In this document: positions 25,301-39,901 of the stretch, piece by piece | How positions within the stretch are numbered: position 1 is the stretch's first letter | Layout: each line of letters opens with the position of its first letter | Assembly (NCBI GenBank): GCA_964016885.1 | Contig: OZ024749.1 | Span: 496,001-560,000 of the forward strand | Direction: 5' to 3' | DNA length: 64,000 nucleotides | From: Eledone cirrhosa | Taxonomy: Eukaryota | Translations under genes and position numbers: made by a program | Notes under the pieces: generated by a model | What the model saw: only the letters and a program-made list of their open reading frames with translations | Databases searched by the model: none | What the model was told of the DNA's origin: nothing

Positions 25301-28300
25301 CTGGTCAGTTGGTAGCCTTTGATTACAATATCTGGTCAGTTTCTGGCCTTTGACTACAATACCTGGTCAGTTGGTGGCCTTTGACTACAATATCTGGTCA
25401 GTTACTGGCCTTTGACTACAATATCTGGTCAGTTAATGGCCTTTGACTACAATATCTGGTCAGTTACTGGCCTTTGACTACAATATCTGGTCAGTTCCTG
25501 GTTTTTTACTACAATATCTGGTCAGTTACTGGCCTTTGACTACAATATCTGGTCAGTTAATGGCCTTTGACTACAATATCTGGTCAGTTACTGGCCTTTG
25601 ACTACAATATCTGGTCAGTTCCTGGTTTTTTACTACAATATCTGGTCAGTTACTGGCCTTTGACTACAATATCTGGTCAGTTACTGGCCTTTGACTACAA
25701 TATCTGGTCAGTTACTGGCCTCTGACTACAATATCTGGTTAGTTGGTTGCCTTTGACTACAATATCTGGTCTTTTCTGGCCTTTGACTACAATACCTGGT
25801 CAGTTGGTGGCCTTTGACTACAATATCTGGTCAGTTACTGGCCTTTGACTACAATATCTGGTCAGTTACTGGCCTTTGACTACAATATCTGGTCAGTTAA
25901 TGGCCTTTGACTACAATATCTGGTCAGTTACTGGCCTTTGACTACAATATCTGGTCAGTTACTGGTTTTTTACTACAATATCTGGTCAGTTACTGGCCTT
26001 TGACTACAATATCTGGTCAGTTACTGGCCTTTGACTACAATATCTGGTCAGTTACTGGCCTTTGACTACAATATCTGGTCAGTTACTGGCCTTTGACTAC
26101 AATACCTGGACAGTAGGTAGCCTTTGACTACAATATCTGGTCAGTTGCTGGCCTTTGACTACAATATCTGGTCAGTTTCTGGCTTTTGACTACAATACCT
26201 GGTCAGTTGGTGGCCTTTGACTACAATATCTGGTCAGTTTCTGGCCTTTGACTACAATATCTGGTCAGTTTCTGGCCTTTGACTACAATATCTGGTCAGT
26301 TACTGGCCTTTGACTACAATATCTGGTCAGTTACTGGCCTTTGACTACAATACCTGGACAGTAGGTAGCCTTTGACTACAATATCTGGTCAGTTGCTGGC
26401 CTCTGACTACAATATCTGGTTAGTTGGTTGCCTTTGACTACAATATCTGGTCAGTTACAGCCTTTGACTACAATATCTGGTCAGTTACTGGCCTTTGACT
26501 ACAATATCTGGTCAGTTACTGGCCTTTGACTACAATATCTGGTCAGTTGGTGGCCTTTGACTACAATATCTGGTCAGTTACTGGCCTTTGACTGCAATAC
26601 CTGGTCAGTTGGTAGCCTTTGACTACAATATCTGGTCAGTTACAGCCTTTGACTACAATATCTGGTCAGTTACTGGCCTTTGACTACAATATCTGGTCAG
26701 TTACTGGCCTCTGACTACAATATCTGGTCAGTTGGTTGCCTTTGACTACAATATCTGGTCAGTTACAGCCTTTGACTACAATATCTGGTCAGTTACTGGC
26801 CTTTGACTACAATATCTGGTCAGTTACTGGCCTCTGACTACAATACCTGGTCAGTTGGTGGCCTTTGACTAAAATATCTGGTCAGTTACTGGCCTTTGAC
26901 TACAATATCTGGTCATTTACTGGCCTTTGACTACAATATCTGGTCAGTTAGTGGCCTTTGACTACAATATCTGGTCAGTTGGTAGCCTTTGATTACAATA
27001 TCTGGTCAGTTTCTGGCCTTTGACTACAATACCTGGTCAGTTGGTGGCCTTTGACTACAATATCTGGTCAGTTACTGGCCTTTGACTACAATATCTGGTC
27101 AGTTAATGGCCTTTGACTACAATATCTGGTCAGTTACTGGCCTTTGACTACAATATCTGGTCAGTTCCTGGTTTTTTACTACAATATCTGGTCAGTTACT
27201 GGCCTTTGACTACAATATCTGGTCAGTTAATGGCCTTTGACTACAATATCTGGTCAGTTACTGGCCTTTGACTACAATATCTGGTCAGTTCCTGGTTTTT
27301 TACTACAATATCTGGTCAGTTACTGGCCTTTGACTACAATATCTGGTCAGTTACTGGCCTTTGACTACAATATCTGGTCAGTTACTGGCCTCTGACTACA
27401 ATATCTGGTTAGTTGGTTGCCTTTGACTACAATATCTGGTCAGTTTCTGGCCTTTGACTACAATACCTGGTCAGTTGGTGGCCTTTGACTACAATATCTG
27501 GTCAGTTACTGGCCTTTGACTACAATATCTGGTCAGTTACTGGCCTTTGACTACAATATCTGGTCAGTTACTGGCCTTTGACTACAATACCTGGACAGTA
27601 GGTAGCCTTTGACTACAATATCTGGTCAGTTGCTGGCCTTTGACTACAATATCTGGTCAGTTTCTGGCTTTTGACTACAATACCTGGTCAGTTGGTGGCC
27701 TTTGACTACAATATCTGGTCAGTTTCTGGCCTTTGACTACAATATCTGGTCAGTTTCTGGCCTTTGACTACAATATCTGGTCAGTTACTGGCCTTTGACT
27801 ACAATATCTGGTCAGTTACTGGCCTTTGACTACAATACCTGGACAGTAGGTAGCCTTTGACTACAATATCTGGTCAGTTGCTGGCCTCTGACTACAATAT
27901 CTGGTCAGTTGGTTGCCTTTGACTACAATATCTGGTCAGTTACAGCCTTTGACTACAATATCTGGTCAGTTACTGGCCTTTGACTACAATATCTGGTCAG
28001 TTACTGGCCTTTGACTACAATATCTGGTCAGTTGGTGGCCTTTGACTACAATATCTGGTCAGTTACTGGCCTTTGACTACAATATCTGGTCAGTTGGTGG
28101 CCTTTGACTACAATATCTGGTCAGTTACTGGCCTTTGACTACAATACCTGGTCAGTTACTGGCCTTTGACTACAATATCTGGTCAGTTACTGGCCTTTGA
28201 CTACAATATCTGGTCAGTTGGTGGCCTTTGACTACAATACCTGGTCAGTTACTGGCCTTTGACTACAATACCTGGTCAGTTACTGGCCTTTGACTACAAT

Positions 28301-31300
28301 ATCTGGTCAGTTACTGGCCTTTGACTACAATATCTGGTCAGTTACTGGCCTTTGACTACAATATCTGGTCAGTTACTGGCCTTTGACTACAATATCTGGT
28401 CAGTTACTGGCCTTTGACTACAATACCTGGACAGTAGGTAGCCTTTGACTACAATATCTGGTCAGTTGCTGGCCTTTGACTACAATATCTGGTCAGTTTC
28501 TGGCTTTTGACTACAATACCTGGTCAGTTGGTGGCCTTTGACTACAATATCTGGTCAGTTTCTGGCCTTTGACTACAATATCTGGTCAGTTTCTGGCCTT
28601 TGACTACAATACCTGGACAGTAGGTAGCCTTTGACTACAATATCTTGTCAGTTACTGGCCTTTGACTACAATATCTGGTCAGTTACTGGCCTCTGACTAC
28701 AATATCTGGTTAGTTGGTTGCCTTTGACTACAATATCTGGTCAGTTACAGCCTTTGACTACAATATCTGGTCAGTTACTGGCCTTTGACTACAATATCTG
28801 GTCAGTTACTGGCCTTTGACTACAATATCTGGTCAGTTGGTGGCCTTTGACTACAATATCTGGTCAGTTACTGGCCTTTGACTACAATACCTGGTCAGTT
28901 ACTGGCCTTTGACTACAATATCTGGTCAGTTACTGGCCTTTGACTACAATACCTGGTCAGTTACTGGCCTTTGACTACAATACCTGGTCAGTTACTGGCC
29001 TTTGACTACAATATCTGGTCAGTTACTGGCCTTTGACTACAATATCTGGTCAGTTACTGGCCTTTGACTACAATATCTGGTCAGTTACTGGCCTTTGACT
29101 ACAATACCTGGTCAGTTACTGGCCTTTGACTACAATACCTGGTCAGTTACTGGCCTTTGACTACAATACCTGGTCAGTTACTGGCCTTTGACTACAATAC
29201 CTGGTCAGTTACTGGCCTTTGACTACAATATCTGGTCAGTTACTGGCCTTTGACTACAATATCTGGTCAGTTGGTGGCCTTTGACTACAATATCTGGTCA
29301 GTTACTGGCCTTTGACTACAATACCTGGTCAGTTGGTGGCCTTTGACTACAATACCTGGTCAGTTACTGGCCTTTGACTACAATATCTGGTTAGTTGGTT
29401 GCCTTTGACTACAATATCTGGTCAGTTACTGGCCTTTGACTACAATATCTGGTCAGTTACTGGCCTTTGACTACAATACCTGGTCAGTTACTGGCCTTTG
29501 ACTACAATATCTTGTCAGTTACTGGCCTTTGACTACAATATCTGGTCAGTTACTGGCCTTTGACTACAATATCTGGTCAGTTACTGGTTTTTTACTACAA
29601 TATCTGGTCAGTTACTGGCCTTTGACTACAATATCTGGTCAGTTACAGCCTTTGACTACAATATCTGGTCAGTTACTGGCCTTTGACTACAATATCTGGT
29701 CAGTTACTGGCCTTTGACTACAATACCTGGTCAGTTGGTAGCCTTTGACTACAATATCTGGTCAGTTACAGCCTTTGACTACAATATCTGGTCAGTTACT
29801 GGCCTTTGACTACAATATCTGGTCAGTTACTGGCCTTTGACTACAATACCTGGTCAGTTGGTAGCCTTTGACTACAATATCTGGTCAGTTACTGGCCTCT
29901 GACTACAATACCTGGTCAGTTGGTGGCCTTTGACTACAATATCTGGTCAGTTACTGGCCTTTGACTACAATATCTGGTCAGTTGGTTGCCTTTGACTACA
30001 ATATCTGGTCAGTTACTGGCCTTTGACTACAATATCTGGTCAGTTGGTAGCCTTTGACTACAATACCTGGTCAGTTGGTGGCCTTTGACTACAATATCTG
30101 GTCAGTTGGTGGCCTTTGACTACAATATCTGGTCAGTTACTGGCCTTTGACTACAATATCTGGTCAGTTACTGGCCTTTGACTACAATATCTGGTCAGTT
30201 GGTAGCCTTTGACTACAATACCTGGTCAGTTGGTAGCCTTTGACTACAATATCTGGTCAGTTACAGCCTTTGACTACAATATCTGGTCAGTTACTGGCCT
30301 TTGACTACAATATCTGGTCAGTTACTGGCCTTTGACTACAATATCTGGTCAGTTACTGGCCTCTGACTACAATATCTGGTCAGTTACTGGCCTTTGACTA
30401 CAATATCTGGTCAGTTACTGGCCTTTGACTACAATACCTGGTCAGTTGGTAGCCTTTGACTACAATATCTGGTCAGTTACTGGCCTTTGACTACAATATC
30501 TGGTCAGTTACTGGCCTTTGACTACAATATCTGGTCAGTTACAGCCTTTGACTACAATATCTGGTCAGTTACTGGCCTTTGACTACAATATCTGGTCAGT
30601 TACTGGCCTTTGACTACAATACCTGGTCAGTTGGTAGCCTTTGACTACAATATCTGGTCAGTTACTGGCCTTTGACTACAATATCTGGTCAGTTACTGGC
30701 CTTTGACTACAATATCTGGTCAGTTACAGCCTTTGACTACAATATCTGGTCAGTTACTGGCCTTTGACTACAATATCTGGTCAGTTACTGGCCTTTGACT
30801 ACAATATCTGGTCAGTTACTGGCCTTTGACTACAATACCTGGTCAGTTGGTAGCCTTTGACTACAATATCTGGTCAGTTACTGGCCTTTGACTACAATAT
30901 CTGGTCAGTTACTGGCCTTTGACTACAATATCTGGTCAGTTACAGCCTTTGACTACAATATCTGGTCAGTTACTGGCCTTTGACTACAATATCTGGTCAG
31001 TTACTGGCCTTTGACTACAATACCTGGTCAGTTGGTAGCCTTTGACTACAATATCTGGTCAGTTACAGCCTTTGACTACAATATCTGGTCAGTTAGTGTC
31101 CTTTGACTACAATATCTGGTCAGTTACTGGCCTTTGACTACAATATCTGGTCAGTTGGTTGCCTTTGACTACAATATCTGGTCAGTTACTGGCCTTTGAC
31201 TACAATATCTGGTCAGTTACTGGCCTTTGACTAGAATATCTGGTCAGTTTCTGGCCTTTGACTACAATATCTGGTCAGTTACTGGCCTTTGACTACAATA

Positions 31301-34300
31301 TCTGGTCAGTTACTGGCCTTTGACTACAATACCTGGTCAGTTGGTAGCCTTTGACTACAATATCTGGTCAGTTACTGGCCTTTGACTACAATATCTGGTC
31401 AGTTACAGCCTTTGACTACAATATCTGGTCAGTTAGTGTCCTTTGACTACAATATCTGGTCAGTTACTGGCCTTTGACTACAATATCTGGTCAGTTACTG
31501 GCCTCTGACTACAATACCTGGTCAGTTGGTGGCCTTTGACTACAATATCTGGTCAGTTACTGGCCTTTGACTACAATATCTGGTCAGTTACTGGCCTTTG
31601 ACTACAATATCTGGTCAGTTACTGGCCTTTGACTACAATATCTGGTCAGTTGGTTGCCTTTGACTACAATATCTGGTCAGTTACTGGCCTTTGACTACAA
31701 TATCTGGTCAGTTACTGGCCTTTGACTAGAATATCTGGTCAGTTGGTTGCCTTTGACTACAATATCTGGTCAGTTACTGGCCTTTGACTACAATATCTGG
31801 TCAGTTACTGGCCTTTGACTACAATATCTGGTCAGTTACTGGCCTTTGACTACAATACCTGGTCAGTTGGTGGCCTTTGACTACAATATCTGGTCAGTTG
31901 GTGGCCTTTGACTACAATATCTGGTCAGTTACTGGCCTTTGACTACAATATCTGGTCAGTTACTGGCCTTTGACTACAATATCTGGTCAGTTACTGGCCT
32001 TTGACTACAATACCTGGTCAGTTGGTGGCCTTTGACTACAATATCTGGTCAGTTGGTGGCCTTTGACTACAATATCTGGTCAGTTACTGGCCTTTGACTA
32101 CAATATCTGGTCAGTTACTGGCCTTTGACTACAATATCTGGTCAGTTACTGGCCTTTGACTACAATATCTGGTCAGTTACTGGCCTTTGACTACAATACC
32201 TGGTCAGTTGGTGGCCTTTGACTACAATATCTGGTCAGTTGGTGGCCTTTGACTACAATATCTGGTCAGTTACTGGCCTTTGACTACAATATCTGGTCAG
32301 TTACTGGCCTTTGACTACAATATCTGGTCAGTTACTGGCCTTTGACTACAATATCTGGTCAGTTACTGGCCTTTGACTACAATACCTGGTCAGTTGGTGG
32401 CCTTTGACTACAATATCTGGTCAGTTGGTGGCCTTTGACTACAATATCTGGTCAGTTACTGGCCTTTGACTACAATATCTGGTCAGTTACTGGCCTTTGA
32501 CTACAATATCTGGTCAGTTACTGGCCTTTGACTACAATATCTGGTCAGTTACTGGCCTTTGACTACAATACCTGGTCAGTTGGTGGCCTTTGACTACAAT
32601 ATCTGGTCAGTTACTGGCCTTTGACTACAATATCTGGTCAGTTGGTGGCCTTTGACTACAATATCTGGTCAGTTACTGGCCTTTGACTACAATATCTGGT
32701 CAGTTACTGGCCTTTGACTACAATATCTGGTCAGTTGGTGGCCTTTGACTACAATATCTGGTCAGTTACTGGCCTTTGACTACAATATCTGGTCAGTTAC
32801 TGGCCTTTGACTACAATACCTGGTCAGTTGGTGGCCTTTGACTACAATATCTGGTCAGTTACTGGCCTTTGACTACAATATCTGGTCAGTTGGTGGCCTT
32901 TGACTACAATATCTGGTCAGTTACTGGCCTTTGACTACAATATCTGGTCAGTTACTGGCCTTTGACTACAATATCTGGTCAGTTGGTGGCCTTTGACTAC
33001 AATATCTGGTCAGTTACTGGCCTTTGACTACAATATCTGGTCAGTTACTGGCCTTTGACTACAATATCTGGTCAGTTGGTGGCCTTTGACTACAATATCT
33101 GGTCAGTTACTGGCCTTTGACTACAATATCTGGTCAGTTACTGGCCTTTGACTACAATATCTGGTCAGTTACTGGCCTTTGACTACAATACCTGGTCAGT
33201 TGGTGGCCTTTGACTACAATATCTGGTCAGTTACTGGCCTTTGACTACAATATCTGGTCAGTTGGTAGCCTTTGACTACAATATCTGGTCAGTTACTGGC
33301 CTTTGACTACAATATCTGGTCAGTTACTGGCCTTTGACTACAATATCTGGTCAGTTACTGGCCTTTGACTACAATACCTGGTCAGTTGGTGGCCTTTGAC
33401 TACAATATCTGGTCAGTTGGTTGCCTTTGACTACAATATCTGGTCAGCTACTGGCCTTTGACTACAATATCTGGTCAGTTAGTGGCCTTTGACTACAATA
33501 CCTGGTCAGTTGGTGGCCTTTGACTACAATATCTGGTCAGTTGGTAGCCTTTGACTACAATATCTGGTCAGTTACTGGCCTTTGACTACAATATCTGGTC
33601 AGTTTCTGGCCTTTGACTACAATATCTGGTCAGTTAGTGTCCTTTGACTACAATATCTCGTCAGTTACTGGCCTTTGATTACAATATCTGGTTAGTTACT
33701 GGCCTTTGACTACAATATCTGGTCAGTTTATGGCCTTTGACTACAATACCTGGTCAGTTGGTGGCCTTTGACTACAATATCTGGTCAGTTTCTGGCCTTT
33801 GACTACAATATCTGGTCAGTTAGTGGCCTTTGACTACAATATCTGGTCAGTTACTGGCCTTTGACTACAATATCTGGTCAGTTACTGGCCTTTGACTACA
33901 ATATCTGGTCAGTTACTGGTTTTTTACTACAATATCTGGTCAGTTACTGGCCTTTGACTACAATATCTGGTCAGTTACAGCCTTTGACTACAATATCTGG
34001 TCAGTTACTGGCCTTTGACTACAATATCTGGTCAGTTACTGGCCTTTGACTACAATATCTTGTCAGTTACAGCCTTTGACTACAATATCTGGTCAGTTAC
34101 TGGCTTTTGACTACAATATCTGGTCAGTTAGTGGCCTTTGACTACAATATCTGGTCAGGTACTGGCCTTTGACTACAATATCTGGTCAATTGGTAGCCTT
34201 TGACTACAATATCTGGTTAGTTACTGGCCTTTGACTACAATATCTGGTCAGTTGGTGGCCTTTGACTACAATATCTGGTCAGTTACTGGCCTTTGACTAC

Positions 34301-36224
34301 AATATCTGGTCAGTTACTGGCCTTTGACTACAATATCTGGTCAGTTAATGGCCTTTGACTACAATATCTGGTCAGTTGGTAGCCTTTGATTACAATATCT
34401 GGTCAGCTACTGGCCTTTGACTACAATATCTTGTCAGTTACAGCCTTTGACTACAATATCTGGTCAGTTAGTGGCCTTTGACTACAATATCTGGTCAGGT
34501 ACTGGCCTTTGACTACAATATCTGGTCAGTTAGTGGCCTTTGACTACAATATCTGGTCAGGTACTGGCCTTTGACTACAATATCTGGTCAGTTGGTAGCC
34601 TTTGACTACAATATCTGGTTAGTTACTGGCCTTTGACTACAATATCTGGTCAGTTGGTGGCCTTTGACTACAATACCTGGTCAGTTACTGGCCTTTGACT
34701 ACAATATCTGGTCAGTTGGTGGCCTTTGACTACAATATCTGGTCAGTTACTGGCCTTTGACTACAATATCTGGTCAGTTACTGGCCTTTGACTACAATAT
34801 CTGGTCAGTTAATGGCCTTTGACTACAATATCTGGTCAGTTGGTAGCCTTTGATTACAATATCTGGTCAGCTACTGGCCTTTGACTACAATATCTGGTCA
34901 GTTTCTGGCCTTTGACTACAATACCTGGTCAGTTGGTGGCCTTTGACTACAATATCTGGTCAGTTTCTGGCCTTTTGACTACAATATCTGGTCAGTTGGT
35001 GGCCTTTGACTACAATATTTGGTCAGTTACTGGCCTTTGACTACAATATATGGTCAGGTACTGGCCTTTGACTACAATATCTGGTCAGTTGGTAGCCTTT
35101 GACTACAATATCTGGTTAGTTACTGGCCTTTGACTACAATATCTGGTCAGTTGGTGGCCTTTGACTACAATATCTGGTCAGTTAGTGGCCTTTGACTACA
35201 ATATCTGGTCAGGTACTGGCCTTTGACTACAATATCTGGTCAGTTGGTAGCCTTTGACTACAATATCTGGTTAGTTACTGGCCTTTGACTACAATATCTG
35301 GTCAGTTGGTGGCCTTTGACTACAATACCTGGTCAGTTACTGGCCTTTGACTACAATATCTGGTCAGTTGGTGGCCTTTGACTACAATATTTGGTCAGTT
35401 ACTGGCCTTTGACTACAATATATGGTCAGGTACTGGCCTTTGACTACAATATCTGGTCAGTTGGTAGCCTTTGACTACAATATCTTGTCAGTTACAGCCT
35501 TTGACTACAATATCTGGTCAGTTACTGGCTTTTGACTACAATATCTGGTCAGTTAGTGGCCTTTGACTACAATATCTGGTCAGGTACTGGCCTTTGACTA
35601 CAATATCTGGTCAGTTGGTAGCCTTTGACTACAATATCTGGTTAGTTACTGGCCTTTGACTACAATATCTGGTCAGTTGGTGGCCTTTGACTACAATACC
35701 TGGTCAGTTACTGGCCTTTGACTACAATATCTGGTCAGTTGGTGGCCTTTGACTACAATATCTGGTCAGTTACTGGCCTTTGACTACAATATCTGGTCAG
35801 TTACTGGCCTTTGACTACAATATCTGGTCAGTTAATGGCCTTTGACTACAATATCTGGTCAGTTGGTAGCCTTTGATTACAATATCTGGTCAGCTACTGG
35901 CCTTTGACTACAATATCTGGTCAGTTTCTGGCCTTTGACTACAATACCTGGTCAGTTGGTGGCCTTTGACTACAATATCTGGTCAGTTTCTGGCCTTTTG
36001 ACTACAATATCTGGTCAGTTGGTGGCCTTTGACTACAATATTTGGTCAGTTACTGGCCTTTGACTACAATATATGGTCAGTTACTGGCCTTTGACTACAA
36101 TATCTGGTCAGTTAATGGCCTTTGACTACAATATCTGGTCAGTTACTGGCCTTTGACTACAATATCTGGTTAGTTGGTAACCCTTGACTACAATACTTGG
36201 TCAGTTACTGGCCTTTGACTACAA
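19310..36224. repeat. 31-bp minisatellite CTTTGACTACAATATCTGGTCAGTTACTGGC, ~545 copies
   Basis: Uninterrupted 31-bp periodicity with occasional 29-bp ACA-G variants. Copy number is length divided by 31. Confidence 0.99.
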
Positions 36225-36431
36225 ACAAGCCATTACTCATCTTTATTTGGAATCAGTAAGTTTAATTTAGACCCCATTGCTATTATTGTTGTTAATATTA
36301 TTGTTGTGGCTGCTGCTGCTGTTGTTCACAGTCTAATACAATAAGAAATAGTATGAATGGAGAAAGATGTCAGAAACAAGAACAATATGTATTGACATTC
36401 ATGTGAAAGAAGTGAGGCATTTGTGAAACAT

Positions 36432-36592
36432 CAACAACAGTAGTGATCCAAAATGGCAGCAGTGCTCCAGCTTGGTCATGATTCTTTAACAACAGCAGTA
36501 ATGATCCAGCATGGCAGCAGTGCTCCAGCTTGGTCATGATTCTTCAACAACAGCAGTAATGATCCAGCATGGCAGCAGTGCTCCAGCTTGGT
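36432..36592. repeat. 58-bp tandem repeat x3
   Basis: CTCCAGCTTGG at 36465, 36523 and 36581. Confidence 0.9.
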
Positions 36593-36607
36593 TGTGATAT
36601 AACAATG

Positions 36608-37920
36608 TAAGTAGGTAGGTTAGTTGGTAGGTAGGTGGGGAAGGTTGGTATGTAGGCAGGTAGGTGGGATGATGGGTAGGTAGGTAGGTAGGTGGGTTGG
36701 TATGTAGGTAGGTAGGTAGGTAGGTAGGTAGGTAGGTTGGTAGGTAGGTAGCTTGGTAGGTAGGTAGCTTGGTAGGTAGATTGGTAGGTAGGTAGGTAGG
36801 TTGGTAGGTAGGTAGGTTGGTAGGTAGGTAGCTTGGTAGGTAGGTAGGTAGGTAGGTAGGTAGGTTGGTAGGTAGGTAGGTTGGTTGGTAGGTTGGTTGG
36901 TAGGTAGGTTGGTAGGTTGGTAGGTAGGTTGGCAAGTAGGTAGGTAGGTTGGTTGGTAGGTTGGTAGGTTGGTTGGTAGGTAGGTTGGGTGGTAGGTAGG
37001 TGGGTAGGTTGGTAGGTAGGTAGATTGGTATGTAGGTAGGTTGGTAGGTATGTAGGTAGGTAGCTTGGTAGGTAGGTTGGTAGGTAGGGAGGTTGGTAGG
37101 TAGGTTGGTACGTAGGTAGGTAGGTTCATAGGTAGGTAGGTAGGTGGTAGGTAGGTTGGTTGGTAGGTAGGTTGGTAGCTAGGTTGGTTGGTAGGTAAGT
37201 TGGTTGGTTGGTAGGTAGATTGGTTGGTAGGTTGGTAGGTTGGTTGGTAGGTTGGTAGATAGGTAGGTTGGTAGGTAGGTTGGTAGGTTGATAGGTAGGT
37301 AGGTTGGTAGGTAGGTGGTAGGTAGGTATGTTGGTTGGTAGGTAGGTAGGTATGTTGGTTGGTATGTTGGTTGGTATGTAGGTAGGTAGGTTGGTATGAA
37401 GGTAGGTTGGTTGGTAGGTAGGTAAGTTGGTTGGTTGGTAGGTAGGTTGGTAGGTAGATTAGTTGGTAGGTAGGTAGGTTGGTTGGTAGGTAGGTTGGGA
37501 GGTTGGTTGGTAGGTAGGTTGGTTGGTAGGTAAGTAGGTTGGTTGGTAGGTAGGTTGGTTGGTAGGTTGTTAGGTAGGTTGGTTGGTAGGTTGGCAGATA
37601 GGTTGTTAGGTAGGTTGGCAGATAGGTTGTTTGGTAGGTACGTTGGCTGATAGGTAGGTAGGTTGGTTGAATGGCTGGTTGGTAGGTTGGTTGGTAGGTT
37701 GGCAGATAGGTTGTTAGGTAGGTTGGCAGATAGGTTGTTTGGTAGGTACGTTGGCTGATAGGTAGGTAGGTTGGTTGAATGGCTGGTTGGTAGGTTGGTT
37801 GGTAGGTAGGTTGGTTGGTAGGTAGGTAGGTTGGTTGGTTGGTAGGTAGGTTGGTTGGTAGTTATGTTGGTAAATAGTTAAGTAGGTTGGTATGTAGGAA
37901 GGTGGATATGTAGGTAGCAG
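36608..37920. repeat. (GGTA/GGTT)n compound tetranucleotide microsatellite
   Basis: Direct inspection; explains the PTYL-repeat ORFs. Confidence 0.97.
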
Positions 37921-38065
37921 GTGATGATGGCCATGATGATTATGATGATAATGATGGTGGTGGCGGTGGTCAGTTCTGACTGAGCAGCAAAAACTTTAGA
38001 ACTAAAACTAGTCCAGCTACATTTTCACTGAATATACCCAAGACTGCTTTATTGACCGTCTTCTG

Positions 38066-38338
38066 TCGCCTGGCCTAATGGTAAGGATATTGGACCTAGG
38101 ATCATAAGGCCGTGGGTTCAATTCCTCGGCTACTTTGTGTGTTGTGTTCTTGAGCAAAACACTTCCTGTTGCTCCAGTATACTCAACTGAAAATGAGTAC
38201 CAGCAATAACTGGGAGTTTAACCCTGAGATGGACTGGCGTCCTGTCCAGGGGAGAGTATTGTACTCTTCGCCGCTTAACGCCATAGAAACCGGGTTAAGC
38301 ACCGGCCTGATGAACCACCAGGCTTGAGACGGACTTTA
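38066..38338 (+). mobile_element. Full-length tRNA-derived SINE (MESC/Meta-like body, tentative)
   Basis: A box TGGCCTAATGG, B box GGTTCAATTCC, central 'ttgagcaaaacact...ctccagtatactcaactg', 3' 'aaccctgagatggactggcgtcctgtccagggg...gaaaccggg'. Confidence 0.85.
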
Positions 38339-38629
38339 AATTGTCCTTCTGTGAGGTGAGATTTTAGAGAGATTTAACTGCTATTTTTAGCAGGTCGAAT
38401 GTTGATGGTTTCTTCGTTGGATTCGACTTGAAAACCAACGAAAGTGGGTGGTATATGTGTGAATTCTGTATACGTGTGTGAGTCTGTGTGTGTGAGAGAG
38501 AGTTTATGGGGAGGGGGCACTTGGGACCGCCCCACCACACCACTAAACCATTCGACCAACCCACCCGGTTGATGTCATCGACCTTTTTTTTTACCTTTGC
38601 ACACGTTACTCGGTCACCATTTCTGGACG

Positions 38630-39270
38630 TATGTATGTGTATATATCTACAAGAGTATATGTGTATGATCATTGTATGTGTGTAGCTGTGCGTCTCTACA
38701 TGTGTGTGTATGTGACTCCACACATGCATCTTTCTGTAAGTGTCAGCATACGTTTATGTGTGTATGTATAGATATATGTTTAGCTGGGCGTCTCTGCTTG
38801 CCCGAACGTGTATGTGTCTCTATCCATATGTACGTTTGTGTAAGCGTCAGTTTGTATATATATATGTGTGTGTGTGTGTTTGAATATTTACAAGTCATTT
38901 CATTTTGTGCGTCTCTCACTTTTCTCCTCTTTCCTACACTCTTTCTCTTCCCCCTCCTTCTACATTTCCTCTCTCTATCTGTATGTATCTGTCTAATGTA
39001 ACACTCCCTCTCTCTATCTGTATGTATCTGTCTAATATAAACATTCCCCCTCCTCTTCCTTCTCCCTCTTTTCATTTGTTTCCCATACATATATTGATAA
39101 CCTTATACATACACACACACACATACATGTATTTACACACATACGTACATACACATACTAACATGACCACTATTATACTATCACACACACATACATATGA
39201 ACATACATACACACTCACACAGGCACCTATATAAACACATACAGACGCACACACAAGCACACAAACAAAC
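38630..39270. repeat. Mixed TG/CT/CA low-complexity region
   Basis: Direct inspection. Confidence 0.75.
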
Positions 39271-39697
39271 TGACAACCGTCTATAATACGTGTTGTTTCC
39301 TGTTGTAGCTCGAATTTTTACCGTTACTACAAAACACTAAAGACACATCAGACCAAGTCCTGTTTGTTGTCGTCCTTGCATTGAATATATATCTAATATA
39401 TATATAATATATATTTAATATATAACAGCACCATTTCTACCAAAATATCAACCATGCCAGACAGTTGTTGCTGTACCGAAGACGGTAAGTTTTAAACCAA
39501 CTCCTCTTAACTTAAACAACGCAATGTAGAAACAGTTTTTCTTCTCTCAACATTCTATGTAAATATCACCCATAACAATACATATGTCTGCCTACACACA
39601 CATATGTATGGACTGTGATTTTGATATTGACTGGTTGAAACACCGTGTAAGATGTACATTTTGTTTTTGAAACTATTGCCTTCTCCTCCATTGATCT

Positions 39698-39735
<38 letters not shown>

Positions 39736-39764
39736 ATTATGTAATAAACAACATAAGGCAATTA

Positions 39765-39824
39765 TTCCATTTACCAGTGGTTTCTTAAAAGCAAAAGGTT
39801 TTGCTTTCAATCCTCAGAATAAAA
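39765..39824 (-). ncRNA. Type I hammerhead ribozyme motif (mirror copy)
   Basis: Reverse complement of the motif above; stem I TTTTATT/AATGGAA. Confidence 0.75.
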
Positions 39825-39901
39825 AATCCTGGTTTGTTTATTGAATATGGATTCTAAAAACTAGGTTTTTAGAATCCATATTCAATAAACAAACCAGGAT
39901 T

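Noticed and set aside
19310-36224. CRISPR-like array (constant repeat with variable part)
   Set aside because: No unique spacers, only a 5-nt slot with recurring alleles; no cas genes; eukaryotic context.
36534-37129. PTYL-rich extensin- or mucin-like ORFs
   Set aside because: Frame read-through of a tetranucleotide microsatellite.
36608-37920. Telomeric repeat (TTAGGG or TTAGG)
   Set aside because: Units are 4-mers TAGG/TTGG, not a telomere motif.
38066-38135. tRNA gene (also 8650-8715 and 14213-14275)
   Set aside because: A and B boxes are present, but no full cloverleaf could be formed and the sequence continues into a SINE or MITE body.
38286-38325. GAAAC...CTGATGA resembling a permuted hammerhead
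   Set aside because: Lies in the SINE 3' region; the three helices could not be assembled around the core.
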